Shown piece by piece: positions 1 through 14,341 of a stretch of 64,000 bases of DNA (positions are counted from its first letter, which is position 1; each line of letters opens with the position of its first letter). The notes beneath the pieces were generated by a model, which was given only the letters and a program-made list of their open reading frames with translations, ran no database searches and was not told the DNA's origin. The DNA comes from Rotaria socialis. Lineage: Eukaryota. Position numbers and translations under genes: made by a program. The stretch spans positions 124,001 through 188,000 of the forward strand of contig CAJNYD010000020.1 in NCBI GenBank assembly GCA_905331295.1, read 5' to 3'.

Positions 1-721
1 GGTAGAATAAATTTCTCGTGAGCCTATATCTATTTGGCTTAGTGGTATGCTTTAGAAGTTTAAGAAAATATTCACGGTATTAGTTATCGATAGAAATAAT
101 TGCCTATGCAAGAAAATATTATCCCTATGAAAATACTTTAGTTTTTCTCGTCTACCAAGTCACTGGTTGTTTCAACTTCCAATACCCTATTCCAATAAAA
201 GGAATTATAATTTCAAAAGAATTGTAAATACAAATTTCAATCTAAATTATGGATGAATTTGGTAAATATGTGTTGATTCTATGCAGTAAAATTGAAGTAA
301 ATCAAAAATGATGCCCGTTTTATAATTCTAATGACAGATTTTTTATTTTCAAAGTCTATCGGTAGACATATTAGTAAATCTATTCCGTTATCATATTTAT
401 TTGAGATTTGTTCATGATGTTTTGGAATCAAACCGACCCCATCTCTTTTAGAATATAATGTCAGTTTTAGCAACTAACTCAAGGTTCACAGTACTCCAGT
501 CGGCTTTACTTTGATTAAACTTCACGCGTGAACATCATCTTCCAGAAACAATATTTATTCAGTCTAAAACTTCAATTCGGATTTATGAAAAACTAATTGT
601 AGATTCAGTTTCACTGATCTTGATTACCTTTGATCAAATTTTTGAGAAATAATTTTGTTGTAACAATACTTCAAACTGTATATATGTTTTTAAAAGTTGA
701 TCTCGAATTCAGATTCCTCAA

Positions 722-820
722 TAGGGGTATGGCAGTTCAGTTTTAGTTCAGATCCTTAGAATTGTTCAGACAGTTCCTTAGATCTGATCTGAACTTAGAT
801 CTGAGAACTGTTACACCTCC
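722..820. repeat. Short (~100 bp) imperfect fold-back element, possible MITE remnant
   Basis: GGGGTATGGCAGTTC... pairs imperfectly with ...GAACTGTTACACCTCC; internal AGATC/GTTCAG repeats; no clear TSD. Confidence 0.35.
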
Positions 821-1222
821 ATTCCTCAACCCCACTTACGTTAACTCGAACTTTTTTAATCATATTCACTGATTGTGGACACGTGACTGTAGACGTCCTT
901 GAAAAAATACACTCAAACAAACTCCTCGTAATTCATATATGACTTTCCTTTCATTCAAGGGAACAATCTTGAAAAAAAAGAGCTACTTTCAAGTAGACTT
1001 TAAACAAAGTAAATTAGATGTTCTTAAATCTAAAATCAGTACCAAATAAATGTATAATCTTTCATTTTATTTTAGTAAGATAATTATTATTCACTCTTAG
1101 TGGTATCATTTAATGGAAGTTCATATGAAGGAATATGTTTTTTTATTATTTCGTTCAGCGAATTTAATTTTGACGTTCAGACATCAACAATTAATATGAG
1201 AAAAGATAACGAAAGTATAACT

Positions 1223-2367
1223 TTAACAGAGGAGGTTCCACGGCGCCGTATTAAAGTAAAGATGCATAGCTGTGAATCCACCGATATCATCGAAAAACTT
1301 TTTCAGACAGTTCGGTACGATTCTCATAAAGCTCTAAAAAAAAGCATAAGAAACGTAAATAAGAGCTTTGGTAAAATAGTTATAGATGTGATACTAACAG
1401 AAACTGCTGCGTAAGGAACAGGTTCTGTTCGTTGTGTATATTCATATTTGCCGGCAAGACCCCATCCAAACCCTGTCAATTTACTCTTATTGTACAGAAG
1501 AAATACGGGAAATATTTCGTCACATTCCTTGTCGAGTCGATTATCGTACCAATAGTGAGCACCTAAACAACAATGTTTGAAAATAGTGGGGAATTTTTAA
1601 TTACTCTGTAGAATTTACCCATCGATGGAAAACATGAGCCTTTCACCCATTTCGTCGTATTGACCGTATTTTCATATAATGGTGCTTGAACAGAATCACG
1701 AATAGGATCAGATCCTTGTTGTAGCCAAAGGCCAGTACCTGAAACTTCCGATTTAAGACGAGCTACGTCTCGACCCGCTGTACAAATGTTACGCGGATCA
1801 ACAAAGTAGGCTGTCAACACGTAGGCATCGATACCTGCAACTGTAGCTCGATTGAACATTTTTTGTGTGTCAAATTTATAAAATTGTTTTTTTGCTATGC
1901 TGGTCGGTAACTTCAAAGCAAATTTAAAGTCATAGAAACATTATGAAAACAACTCACTGCTAATTGTATTCCGGCAATGCTACCCTGTATATCGTAGATC
2001 AACACTAGGGCGATATCGTTGTCTTTTACGAAACGTTGTCCCAGAAATGTTCCTACAGTAAAATAAAGTAAACTATTAAGATATAAAACTCGACGATAGA
2101 CTCACCATCGCATTGAGTAGAGATCTGAACAAAACCTTCCTTTTTTGCCTCGTTAACGGTCAATGGCTGGCGGACAAAATACTTCTTACTGATTGGATTC
2201 GGGCCCCATGTAACTTTAAGCGAATCCCATTCGGGTCCCGAATTACTACGATCGACAGAGAGACAAGGAGCTAAGAGAAACATAATACTTCTAGCGTTTG
2301 ATTTCAATATTCTTTACAACTTACAAGCAATAAGACCTCCAATCAAGACGATTATGAGGTACTTCAT
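1223..2367 (-). CDS. Secreted uncharacterised protein, about 6 exons
   Basis: ATG at 2367 gives signal-peptide-like MKYLIIVLIGGLIASPCLS. Short GT-AG introns join in-frame exons (EWDSLKVTWGPNP; LIYDIQGSIAGIQLA; YVLTAYFVDPRNIC; CFPSMGAHYWY; PVFLLYNKSKLTGFGW; FTAMHLYFNTAPWNLLC*). Stop at 1223-1225. Includes ORF-track pieces 2053-2307 and 1563-1916. Confidence 0.8.
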
Positions 2368-3550
2368 TAATATAAATACAAAAGAAACGTTGTTTCACTG
2401 CTGCAGATACGAAAATAGAACGATCTTTTTATCAGGTTGTATGCCAAAAATGAAAAAATTGTTCTTTAAATAACGAGCAACTTAAGTCTTTGATAATGCT
2501 GTATCATTGTCATTGAGTGTAATTTTAAAGCGCAAATGCAAAAAAAAACATGTCGAGTCATGATAAATTTGTGTGTTTGAAGAAGGGTTTAAGCGAAGAC
2601 AAAAGTTGAAGCTACTCAAATATCACCAATTAATTCATATATCATTTCTAAAATAATCATCTATGTGGTTTATATAAATCATAATACTCTATTAGAATCC
2701 ATACTATCACAACATCTAATATCACTAATAGGTATGAAAGTGTTACTGACGAGCTTAGTTCTGAATATTCGAACAAGTTATCAAATTCGATGTACAACAA
2801 AAGCACATTTCAAACCTCAGATAAGAAAAGGTTTGATTAGGAGATTACTTTATATATACCACTTGTCGAGCCATTAAAACGCTTTCTAACTAATAAATGA
2901 CCATTTTACATGAGACAATTGTTTGAACAAGACAGATGATGAGTTCATAAGGTAATTGTTTTAAATGTGCTACATGTAATATAATTGCTGGTATAAATAT
3001 CATCGCTAAGGATATCTATCTATTCTTCTCAATCATTTACTGGAATAGCATTGCCATAAAAATATCCACTCTGATTATAAGAGTAGAATTTATATTTTAG
3101 TAGTTAATAACGATATGATTAGACAGCGAATTATTCTCACTGAAACGTAATATCCATTGAGAATTTTATACTTTTTGACCGTTATGGTAAGGAAATCTTT
3201 TGAATTCTCGTATGAACTTCGTATACTCGAGTTTAGTAATTACAAATCTAAACGAAGCTTGAACTTGAAAATTAAATCCAGCAGTTACACTAAGAATCCC
3301 TAAAGTTTGAAAGAATATTGTTGAAAACTGAAGCATTTCTTATCGTGTATTTTGACTAGAGATGAATCCATAGAAGTTCCGCAACAAAACAATAGATAGT
3401 TTCACAATTAATTATTTATGTGTCTATCATACTATTAATGGCGATGATACATTAGACAATCACATGAACAAATTATTTTTAATTTGAACTCTAATTTTTT
3501 CAGTAGTATCACATGAAAAAATGCTGTATTAAATATTGTGTGATAGCCCA

Positions 3551-4351
3551 CCCTAGGGAATGTACTGGGTTCAGGGTACCCACATACTAAGAAAGCCACA
3601 CCAGGGTACCTATTAAGGGTACTTAGAAAATTCTCAGTAACCAGACTGTTGTAGTGTACTGCATTGGGTACCCATAGCAGTATGTTTCGCTGAACAAGTA
3701 CTTGTATGGGTATCTGCACCTGTAATTTTACTGAGGAAAGTTCTACAGGGTATCCTAGATTTGTCACGTCCTGTGTGGCGTCTGTACATTCACCGTTTTC
3801 TTTTGCGTGAACAGCTCCTTATAAACAACTCGGTGAACCATCAAAAAATAAAATTTTTTCATATTTTTTTTCTAGATTATTTCTTGACTATTTATTAGTG
3901 GAGAACATGCCGATTGTAATCGTAAATTAAGATCGGACTACCCTGAAGTGGTCAGATGGAGATTCGACCAACTCAAGCCCGGTCAGATCTCGAAATTTGA
4001 CCTGCTAGAGTTTTCAGGATTGGAAAAATTAAATTAAATAATATCGAAAAAAAATTAATAAATTGTTTTGAGAGAAAAAAATGAAAAAATTCGAAGATTA
4101 GGTTCGACCATCAACGTACTGCAATTTTGGTAACAGGGTACCTAAGCATACTGTGCAATAGTATCCAGTTGAGTACTTGATCAGTACCTTCAAGTACTCA
4201 TTTACTAATTGCTTTCCAGCAGGGTACCTACCTGAGTGCCTAAAAGGTACCTAAAAGTACTTTTAAGTACTCCAGTACCATAAAGTTCCTAAGACATACT
4301 AGTAGCAGGGTACTTTTTTCGGGTACCCTTTGTTCAGTACATGCCCTAGGG
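3551..4351. mobile_element. Non-autonomous TIR DNA transposon (CCC...GGG ends, CMC/EnSpm-like) with GTAC-rich subterminal arrays
   Basis: Left CCCTAGGGAATGTACTG..AGGGTACCC versus reverse complement of right end CCCTAGGGCATGTACTG..AGGGTACCC; CA on both flanks (2-bp TSD); dense GGTACC/AGTACT motifs. Confidence 0.75.
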
Positions 4352-5162
4352 CATGGCAGATGCTACAACGGAAATATATAGATACTTGTAAAATAGTTTT
4401 GCTAGAAAAAATTGTATCCTACACTGAGTAGAAGGAAATCAATAACGAAACATTACTTTTATGTTTAGTTACTATTATATGCATGGTATACAATCGATCC
4501 TAGACATGATAACAATATCTATACGCAGTTTATTCTTTTTTAACGTCAGCGAATAGTTTCAAATGAATCCGCGTTTCCACAAAACAGATTAAGGAGTATA
4601 GAAATAATTATTTGAAAAGAACACAGAATGAGCCCATTGAAAAGTATAGGATGATCATCAAGCAAAAGATCGTTGCATGACTTCTAAAAAGAAGGAACGT
4701 GCTTATCAGGTAATTAGGTGTAAACGAAAATAACTTGATATTAGATGAAACCGTTAGTCTATTCTAACGCTATAGCCCATGAATAAAATGAATATTTCTT
4801 TAATCTTATTAGAGTAAAAGAAAGAATGAATTCTTTAATAACATCAAGGATAAACAAAACTTGATTAAGCTCAAAAATATTTCTTTTCAACTATTCACAA
4901 GTATCTTGAAAACGATACATAAAAACTGAATCTTTAGTTCTTTTTTTCTCGAGTTTAAAGTCATCTTATATCATTCATGTATGAACATATCTTCTTGGCA
5001 TTCTTTTTTTCTATTCTGATCATATTGCGACACATGTTTATCATAAGATACAACTAAATGAATCTAACAAATGTTTATTCTATTTTGCTTGAGAGGAACA
5101 AAAGTAGCATATGCTTTCCTGGTTTTCTCCATTTCCTTTATTTTATCTAAATATACGTAGTA

Positions 5163-5519
5163 CCCAGGCTGACAAACTTTTAGGAAAACGCGTTTACACA
5201 CTCAATCGGGAACCGCGATTGTGAGTCATTAACGCTCAGTAACGGAACGTAAGAAACGCGTTTTTCACGCAGAATTCTCACTTTCAGAGCGTGAAAACGG
5301 GTAAAAACTCCAATTCTGAGCGTTTAAACGAATTAATTTTTAAGTTATTGAATAACTGTGCATTTAAACGCTCAGAATTGGAGTTTTCACGCTCTGAAAG
5401 TGAGAATTCTGCGTAAAAAAAAACGTTTCTTGCCTTTCGTTACTGAGCGTTAATGGCTCATGATTGCGGTTCCCAATTGAGTGTGTAAACGCGGTTTCCC
5501 AAAAGTTTGTCTGCTTGGG
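5163..5519. mobile_element. Palindromic MITE (357 bp), CCCAGG-type ends
   Basis: Nearly the whole element is an imperfect inverted repeat (CCCAGGCTGACAAACTTTT ... AAAAGTTTGTCTGCTTGGG); TA on both flanks. Confidence 0.85.
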
Positions 5520-5740
5520 TATAGTAATATCTATTTTAGAAAGTCAAAATGAGTTCGTATATTTAATTATAATATTTTGATCATTATAATGGTCGTTATT
5601 CTGAATAAAAAGCTATTCTCAGTATAAATATTTCAAGTTTACTGTTTTCTTCAGTTTATCTTATTTTTTTTAAAATAAAATTGCCATATATATCTACTGG
5701 AGAGTATGTTAATCGTTCAATTTGATAGAAAGAAAGAATA

Positions 5741-5884
5741 CCCTTGCCTTGCGGCTACCTTTCAGTATAGGGTGCTGTCCGGAGACAGTTTCAAGAGCCC
5801 GATATTTTTCCTANATACAGTGATTTTTCCGCATCTTTCAGGCCGGGTCCTACAGTATCCGGTGACCGGAACGATCAACCTGGG
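5741..5884. mobile_element. Partial MITE end (…GATCAACCTGGG) spanning an N
   Basis: CCGG-rich subterminal motifs ending in the CCTGGG terminus shared with other elements here; N at 5814. Confidence 0.5.
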
Positions 5885-5980
5885 AATACTCATGTATTTT
5901 ATAGGAATGAGAAGATTCTCTTAGAGGATTGTTAAATCCTTACCGGGCTTTCTTTTGTTTTTTAAAAATACCCTTCACTC

Positions 5981-8900
5981 CCCAGGTCAAAGTTGCGCAA
6001 TAGGATCCTATCGGAACCTTAAACAATCCGAGAATATCCGACTATCGGCGGCTGGTCGGATCCGACAGTCGGAATCCAATTTAATCCTTTTATTTCCGAT
6101 AATTTCCGACAATCGGATACTCCAGGATTCCGTTAATAGGATCCATTGCAATCCGATAGCTGGGAAATTAGTGGATCCGACAGAATCCAATAAGTTGTAT
6201 TGTTATATGCTACCTTATGATGAATATCGAAAAAGAAATTCGGTTAATTTCAGAGTTACGGAAATTTTCTTGATTCTCTAATTAAAAATTGCTCAATTAC
6301 TGAAATATTAAGAAATGGTACTTCGATAATTGAATGATAAAAAACGGATATTTTTAAAATTCAATGAGAAAATGAACATTTTTTTATTAACTTATTTGTA
6401 TGATTTTTATTAAAAATCAAAGTAATTACATAAGTGTGGTAAAAAGGCAGATTTTAATGAATAACATGCAAAAAAATCTTTTCGACAATTTAATCATGGG
6501 AAATTGATTTTATTCGTGTTTCTGAAAGAAATCATTTAAGGCAGGATTCCTAACTCAAGAAATTATTTTTTTATTTTTCAAGATCACAGATGAATCGAAT
6601 TCTACAAAGTTATATATACATGTGCATCTTAATAGTAAGAATACACTTTAACGATCGACGCGACATCTGTTAACAGTGTTTTCTGTTTGGTGAAGCACAT
6701 GAATAATAGGCTAAGTAGACAAAAGTATGTACAGGCTATTCAGTCGATTAACATGATTTCAAAATTTAGAAAGGTCCGACGTCCTTTATGAATAAAGTTT
6801 CTATCATCATATATTCACCGATATCAATGCACATTACTTCATGCTTATTATTAAGTCACTGATTCCAAAATGTCTTCATCTTTAAAAGAATGACTTTGTA
6901 CTTCTATTCATTTCAGATTGTTTGAATCTATATGTAATCGGTCTATTTTAGTATGAGATAATAGATTCATTGTTTTTCTTACGTAAGTTTCTTTTTTGCT
7001 CATTACATGTACTCATGATATTATCTATTTTAGATTCATATTTTGCCGAAATCGTGGGAAAATATATAGTTTATTTGTGCAATTGTCTCACTTCTTTTGT
7101 ATTTATTCAATTTCATTGAATATGGTAAGTTCCTTTTACATAGGCAATTTTTTTTACTTTGAGTGACTTTAAAATTCAAAAGTACATGTTAAAGAGAAAA
7201 TAATGTTAACATGAAAAATTGACGAAACGGCACTTTTTTGTTTTCATTAGATTGGAATATATTTTTAGAAATCAACGACATATTAACTGCACTAGCTAGA
7301 TGCTGATCTAAAAAATATATTCTTCCTTATGACCTATATATATATTATTTTTTCACAGTGATATTGATCTACAAGATGCTGTTGAATTGGTAAATAAAAA
7401 GTATCAATTTCATTTGAAGAAGAACAGAGAAAAATCTCATTTTCGAAATATAAAATTCGAAATAAACTTTTCTCAAAGTACTGCCTCATCTTTTGATTCA
7501 TCGTCCAAACAATGTGTCCACGTGATGTTCCTTCATTTATTGAACTTGCACTTGAAATTCAAAGAATCAAGTATTATCTATGTTACAATTAAAAATTTAT
7601 TTATTTAAAAAAAAGAAAAATTTGTCTGGTATGTTATAATGATATATGTGGAGATGTATGTATTTGTCATAATTGTCCAACATCAGATGATTCTAATATT
7701 ACGATTATTAATGATTCTGATTTAATGTCTATTTATTTATCATTATCGGAAAAATTGTACATAATCATGGTTTATGGTCAACGAACTGAAGCCAGAGAGG
7801 TTAGTTAAATCTTTCATAAGTGAAAATAGTTTAAATTATTCGAGATACTAGCGATCATGTTTCTGGTTGAATTCTGTTAAAAAACGTATGAATTTATTGA
7901 ACCAGCTATCATGAGGAATTTTTGGTTAGATTAGTGAGGCTTTCGAATTTTAACAAATGCTATGGAACCCAGATGAAATTACCGATTATCCGAGTCCGTT
8001 GATACTATTGATTAAAGTGATGAGTATGTTATATAAAATTTTCTTTCAATATTACTCTAAGAAAGTTGTATCGAAAATTGAAGTTGAGATCAGTTATTTC
8101 GAATCCATAGAACTAATACTTGTCTTGAAAGAAAAAATAACTGTCTTTTCATCTTGTCTAATATATACCTTCTGACCGGATAAATAGATAGCATCAATTT
8201 TTAAAAGTTTTGTTTTTTATAAAAATGAATTTTATGATCGATATCGAAAGAAATTTATCTTGTTTTATCTCTAGGTGCACGTGAAGAATGTCGACGTGTG
8301 TGAAGAAACAAAGAAGAAATTCAAAAGTTGAAAGTTCTCATGCACAACATTTTTGTCAAACTCAAAGAATAATCATTTTATACCTTGATCCACAACATGT
8401 TCTGATATTGAAGACGAGATGTACGTTTAAATGAATATGACGAAGAACCAACAGAAATTCTTACTTGCTTTTCAGGTAAATAAATAGTTTTTGCATGTTT
8501 AAAAAGTAAATGTTTACAAAAATGAATGCTTTCCTAACTTCTTTTAGTGTTTCGTAGTGGCGGTAAAGGATGTATAGCAATCGTATTTTTTTCTGACTTA
8601 TATTGGATGAAAAAGAAAACGGATTAAAAAAATAGTGATGAATTGCACAAACAATCTTGCATGAGAGAAACATTATTCTATTTTTTTATGTGAAAAGTTC
8701 TTTCAATGATTTATATTTTGTCTTTGACTTTTCTGTGTTATTTTTTTGTATAAATGAACAGATGTTTTAAATGAATAAAGCAAAAGAACCGCAAGCGGTG
8801 AAGAAAACAGTAACATTTTTAGCATCATACTAATTTATGGTTTATAATTTGAGAAATAAAAATCTCTCTACTCAAAAATTGATCCTAAGAGAAATACTGG

Positions 8901-9096
8901 GAGTGATCACTCAAATAAGAAAAACCTGTTGGATCTTGTTGTTTCCTAAATATTCCGATTGTCGGATCTGGCTCTTGGAAATCGTCGGATCCAACACCCA
9001 GCAACTTCCTGTCGGATTCCTATCGGAAAGTATTGGATCATTTGGGATTCCCGGTAGGATCCGACAGGATCTGAATCTGGGATAGCTCGACCTGGG
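5981..9096. mobile_element. Probable degenerate CMC/EnSpm-like element with TCCGAC/GTCGGA subterminal arrays
   Basis: Starts CCCAGGTCAA and ends TCGACCTGGG; matching GGATCC/TCCGAC/GTCGGA arrays at 6000-6190 and 8950-9090. The interior has stop-riddled coding-like remnants, including Cys-rich KICLVCYNDICGDVCICHNCP (~7620-7680). TSD does not match. Confidence 0.55.
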
Positions 9097-9125
9097 GACT
9101 AAAGGAACAAGCTATTTTATTGAAN

Positions 9126-9310
9126 ACGGGTTCGAAACGGTTGGTGTGTACTACCGTATACGACACGGCGATATACGGCCGTAATACGGCGCATACCAAA
9201 ACGTTAAAATACGGCCCGTATACGGTCGTAAATTCGGCGTATACGGTCGTATACGTCATCGTAAACGGCCGTTTACCGCCGTATCTAGTCGTCGTAATGC
9301 TCGACCTGGG
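9126..9310. mobile_element. Right end of CCCAGG-family MITE with TACGG/CCGTA arrays
   Basis: Repeated ATACGG/CCGTA motifs ending TCGACCTGGG; begins right after the N at 9125. Confidence 0.7.
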
Positions 9311-11987
9311 CTTCGAAAGAGATATACTTGATGAGTGCTAGCGATAGCTAAAAAAATACAGTAAGTGACTAACGTTGGAGAAAACAGAAATAAAAATGTT
9401 TTGTTTTCTTCGTACCGTTCGTAACGCTCGCTGTCAAGTTCATGAGAACGTCAGAAAAATGAGAACGAGCACAAGGAACAACTCGGTCAATGAGAAATCC
9501 AGTCGGTGAACAAAATAGCGCTTGCCATGAGCAGAAGCAACACTAAGAAAACGATGCTAATAGGCTCAACGCCACACCCAACCAATCTCTTTCAGGCTAT
9601 GTTCAGTGAACTACAGGTCAAAGAAACAAAGGACGAATGTTCATCGTCATTTTTTATGCACAGTGAACAGAGAAGAGGAAAATATCCATTGACTAAAAAA
9701 AATAAAATTCGATTTTCCGTCAATATTTAATGGAAAATTTGCAGATGAATTGAGAAGAATTTTCTCAATTATGCATTCGAATTTGCAGAAAAATTAAATT
9801 TGATGAATCAAATTCTGACATCAATGACGATTTGTCAAGCGAAATTCTATCAGGTCAAGATCCGAATTTTCAGCAAATAATGACAAATCGGCTGATGTTC
9901 GATCAATCATCAAGTTTCGACATATAATCGATGAATGTTAGAGTTCTGTGCATTTTTTTCGAAAACTCTATCAATACAAATTTGAGTCGAAATAAAAAAA
10001 TTCGATTTGAGTCCACTTGAGCGTGACTTTTGTTCTATTTTGCTTCAAATTCAAAGTAAAACCGAGCTAATGGAATTTCTTCAATTGTCCTTTGATTTGA
10101 ATTTGAAAAATCTGATCGACTCGATTAACTCACAATCACGGATCGAAACTATATCTCAATGGTTTGTCTATGTCTCGTTTTCTTTTATTTGTCCGACTCG
10201 TAAGTTCAATTACTTTCGATTGTACGCCGGTCTCTACTGTTGATCTCACTAGATACTTTCATCTTTTACTCATCAATCAAACGAATTCGCATCTCTTTCA
10301 AACAAGGACTCGTTTCGCAAAGAGTTTTTCACACGAACAACTAAACACTATCCAATCATTTCTTTGTCTCTTCGAATGACGATAAAACGAAGAACAGACA
10401 AGAAGTTCATAGGAGCAACAAATATTGCATAGATGCTCAAATGAAATTGGACAAACTGATTTGACGCTGCTCGATTCTCATTGATCAAGATTCTTGAAAA
10501 CAAAAATAATATTTACTATTGTGGTCGTCGTCGAATCGATGGGTAATTGTGCACGACAAAGTAAAATAATATTATCGTATTTCGGCGGATGAACAGATCG
10601 AACATGATTCCAGAATTGTTCGAATTGATCTCTACTAAGCTGTTCATTTGAATTTCAATGTCGAACATGCACTCTTGTTGGTTATCAAGAAGTTCATCCT
10701 TGTACAATGGACACGCAAAGTTACCAAATCGATCTGAAATGTCTCAAAAAGACAAAATAAAGAGCAGATATTTCCGTGCACTTACTTAGTTTATAACGAT
10801 AATAGTGCGAAAGAAGTTCTTGATCTGACATTGTTTGGCAAACAAAGCACACGAACACACGAGCAAGAGAGACTGTAGGAAGAAATAAATATCTGAAAAT
10901 GAAATCGAAGAGAAGAAGAAGAAGAAGCTAGTTCTCGATCGATTATGTGCATCGTTATTTTCCATCAGGAATATCACCAAGGTTCCGCTTATTTTCGTCG
11001 AAAAATATTTTCGTTCGAAACAAAAGAACTTGCTCAAGAGAAATTCATGATAAATTCATTATCTTGAACTCGAACGTTTTTTTCTTCTTGGCAATAGAAC
11101 TTTTCTCAAATAAATATTTGAGTGTTTTTTTAAAAACAAATGATGAGAATCAAACGAAAACAAACACAAGATGGACATGTGATTTGATGAAAAGACATCG
11201 GTTCATAACGATTCGATTTCTTCTTGATTGTTGTGCAATCATCGACAAAATTGTGATTCAATTTATTTTCTTTCAAACAATAAATTAAAACGAATGAAAA
11301 CATATTCGGAATATGAAGAAGTTCGATATTTTGGCAAAATTAATGAATGCTATCATGTCTCACATGATGATCTTCTTTCTTCTAGAGCATCTATTAGACC
11401 AGTCTTTTTCTAGTCGTTTTCTTCGGTGAATAAGAGTAAGTTTATTATGAATAAGAAACGAAAGAGAAAAATAACAACTGAGAGAGAAAGAGTTGTCGAT
11501 TACAATATCCAATTGACGACGAAAAATGGAAACGATCGAAATGGGGGAATCGAAAAAGAAAACACTGCTGTTATAGAATGGTAGATGGCGTATCCTGACA
11601 ACATCCCATCTATCACTGCTATAGTGGCAAGCGAGCGAAGAAAAAGCGCACGTATATGCATCCTTCGTAATAGAAAATCAAAAATTCAATTGAACTCATG
11701 TTTAATGGGATCGATTTCGAATTCAAATTCAAAGACTAGACATTTAATTTCAATCTCATTTCATTTTATTGCTTGATATATTGATGGTACTGATAGTATG
11801 ACATGATTTTCTTTTTCGAGATTATTTTAAAACTTACTAGCAAGAAAAATATTATTACAAACTAATTTTTTCCCAGTTTTATGCATAAAAATAAATTAAT
11901 GATGTTTACCAACATTAGCTGTAGTATATTTTTATATTTTTGATGGATCTCACAATTGTTCATATGTATCTTTGACGACTGATTTAA

Positions 11988-12205
11988 CCCTTTGGGAACG
12001 GGAGGATCATACAAGGCCAACGGTTCTGGATCGGACCATAGTTGATTTCTATATGTCTGTTAGGATATTGTTATGATCTGTCACCCCGATGCAGTGCGAC
12101 AGGACCATCTGTATTGAGCCCTCATTTACCTTATTTCTAATAAATACATCATTTTAGAGTTTCAAAAACCTCATTGTTCTCAAAAGTGATTCCTTCGTCA
12201 AAGGG
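11988..12205. mobile_element. piggyBac-like non-autonomous element (218 bp)
   Basis: TTAA|CCCTTTG ... CAAAGGG|TTAA: TTAA target duplication and CCCT termini typical of piggyBac. Confidence 0.75.
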
Positions 12206-12372
12206 TTAATATCACATTGTTTAGCAATATTATCCGTTTTTCCCAATGTTGAAACAAATATAGATTACCTTTCTTAGATGCTTTAGTTGCTTTGTCGTTC
12301 ATTAAATGATGTGAATAAGAATATTATTTTTGTTATATAGTTCAATATTTCTCTTTTACAAATTCTTGCCCA

Positions 12373-12434
12373 CCCAGGTCGCACACCCTCAGGTCGTAAA
12401 CGGCCGCATACGAAATTCATAATCGTCGACTGGG
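12373..12434. mobile_element. 62-bp minimal CCCAG-ended element
   Basis: CA|CCCAGGTCG...GTAAACGGCCGCATACG...CGTCGACTGGG|CA; 2-bp CA duplication. Confidence 0.6.
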
Positions 12435-14341
12435 CAATTTTAATTGAGATCGAGAGAATCCGATGGTATCGAGAATGGAATCAAAAACAATAGTTATAGT
12501 TCTTATCTCAAATGAATAATGGAATTTTATCGATCTAAGAATATAGTAGGATATTAAATTTTGATCTATCGATAATATGCAACTAATGAGAAGAGCGTCG
12601 ATAGATAAGAAAATTTCTTCACTACTGTAATACTTTTATTATTCGTTGGACAAACATGGTATTGCATAATTACGAAAAATTTTCATTGCACGTTTGTCTA
12701 TTGACATGTAGTATAATAAATAGCTATGTCAAAATAAAATAATTATAACGCCAGAATCATTCACATATTGAGCTTTTACATGAAATCTGATTCTCTACAG
12801 AAGGATATCCGGTTTATTTTTGAAGCCCTGAACATAGAAATAATTATATAAAAATTAAGCTTAAAAATTTCCTCAAATTTTTATTTAACATCTCTTTTAG
12901 ACATGTCTTTGCTATCCATCGATTCTTGCATCTATGTTTATTATTTTACACAGATGCTTCTGACACCCTATCTTCAATCGAATGAAATCGATTGTAAAAG
13001 TACACAATATTTAGTTAATACCACCAGTGAGACAAGTCTTCCGTACATTTATCTCGTTTTCATCTTTATCATATAACATAGACAAGTAACGCAGCGTAAG
13101 CGCCGCTAACCCTCTACTGAAAGTATATGATCACTTTGAACACATCAATAAGATATTTCTAGCGAAGCGATTCTGCCTAGTCAGAGCTTGGAGAACATTG
13201 TTAAGAAGCACGAAAATAATAGAAATCCATAGTAGAAGAACCTTCATTCATCTATGATGTATCACCAGGAAATGTGCATTCAACATATGTGGAAAAATTA
13301 GCTCAAAATTAGATTATAAGCCGTTATGATGACACCATTTTGATCAATTTTTTAACAGATTCTTCTTGTTTCAAAGACAGATCACTTCTGATGTTAATGT
13401 TTTGAATCTATATTAGTGGGTTTGTGAGGTTTAATCCATTACAATCGATTTAAATAAGCGATATTAACTGGTTTTGACTTTTATAATGAATTAATGTATC
13501 AAAATTAATAGAACTGTTTTTGAGTCAAAAAGTTCTGATTAGACCCAAATTAAAATAACATTCCATATATTAGTAGTCTAATAAGAAATAACAGATTTTG
13601 GTCTAATGCCACTATGTTTAGAACAAATGGAGCTCTACAATTTCTTATAAGGATGATAGTTTTACATAAGTTTTTTATGCTCAACAATTTCGAAGAGATG
13701 ACAAGGTTCAAAACTACGTCTGCTCGTTTGTATATTTATTACAGAAGTTTTGACACACTTTACAGATCAAGTTAACTATCTTTGGCCCGTATATTCTGGT
13801 ATACAAGTTAGTCTGATTTTTATCACAGTATACATCGGCAGATATAGGATACAAAGATTTATACTAGCAAAATAAAAAAATAGTACAATATAACCGCTTT
13901 GACGAGTTGAACTTTTGAAAATGCGGCATGCTAAATGATTAACATACCTTGCCAGTTCATTTCAGTGCACACAGTACATATCTTTTGGTTTCTTATTGTA
14001 CAAGGCTACTCTCCCACTGACATATAACGTGAAATGCATCAATGAATTCTTCTGACACTTCTATCGGCAATCAAGGAGATGCTATTGATTGTACTGAGAC
14101 CGAAACAGCTCTAAAAAATGATTCCATACACTACGATGTAGTGATTTGAGTGCTGTTTGCTTTTCTACCATAGCAAACAGTCATCACACACCAATAGCGT
14201 TAGAACAATCGTTGAGCTTCGAAAGTCCTCCTCTTGTAGAAGGCCTCTGTCTATAGTATCTAACGAAATACAAACGAGTGTAAACCACAAGGTATCTTAG
14301 AGACAAGTGGAATATCACAGTCTGCCTAATTTTCACGTTAC

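Noticed and set aside
5706..9341. Short ORFs at 5706-6281 and 8837-9341
   Set aside because: They overlap GC-richer transposon subterminal arrays, where stop codons are scarce; the translations are low-complexity.
9700..10760. Coding-like fragments, with a faint GNC..GG pattern recalling RZ-type zinc fingers
   Set aside because: Many stops and frameshifts and no consistent exon chain; possibly an old pseudogene, but no family call is supportable.
14075..14115. AIDCTET resembling a Harbinger/ISL2EU DDE motif
   Set aside because: No downstream transposase motifs in frame; likely chance.
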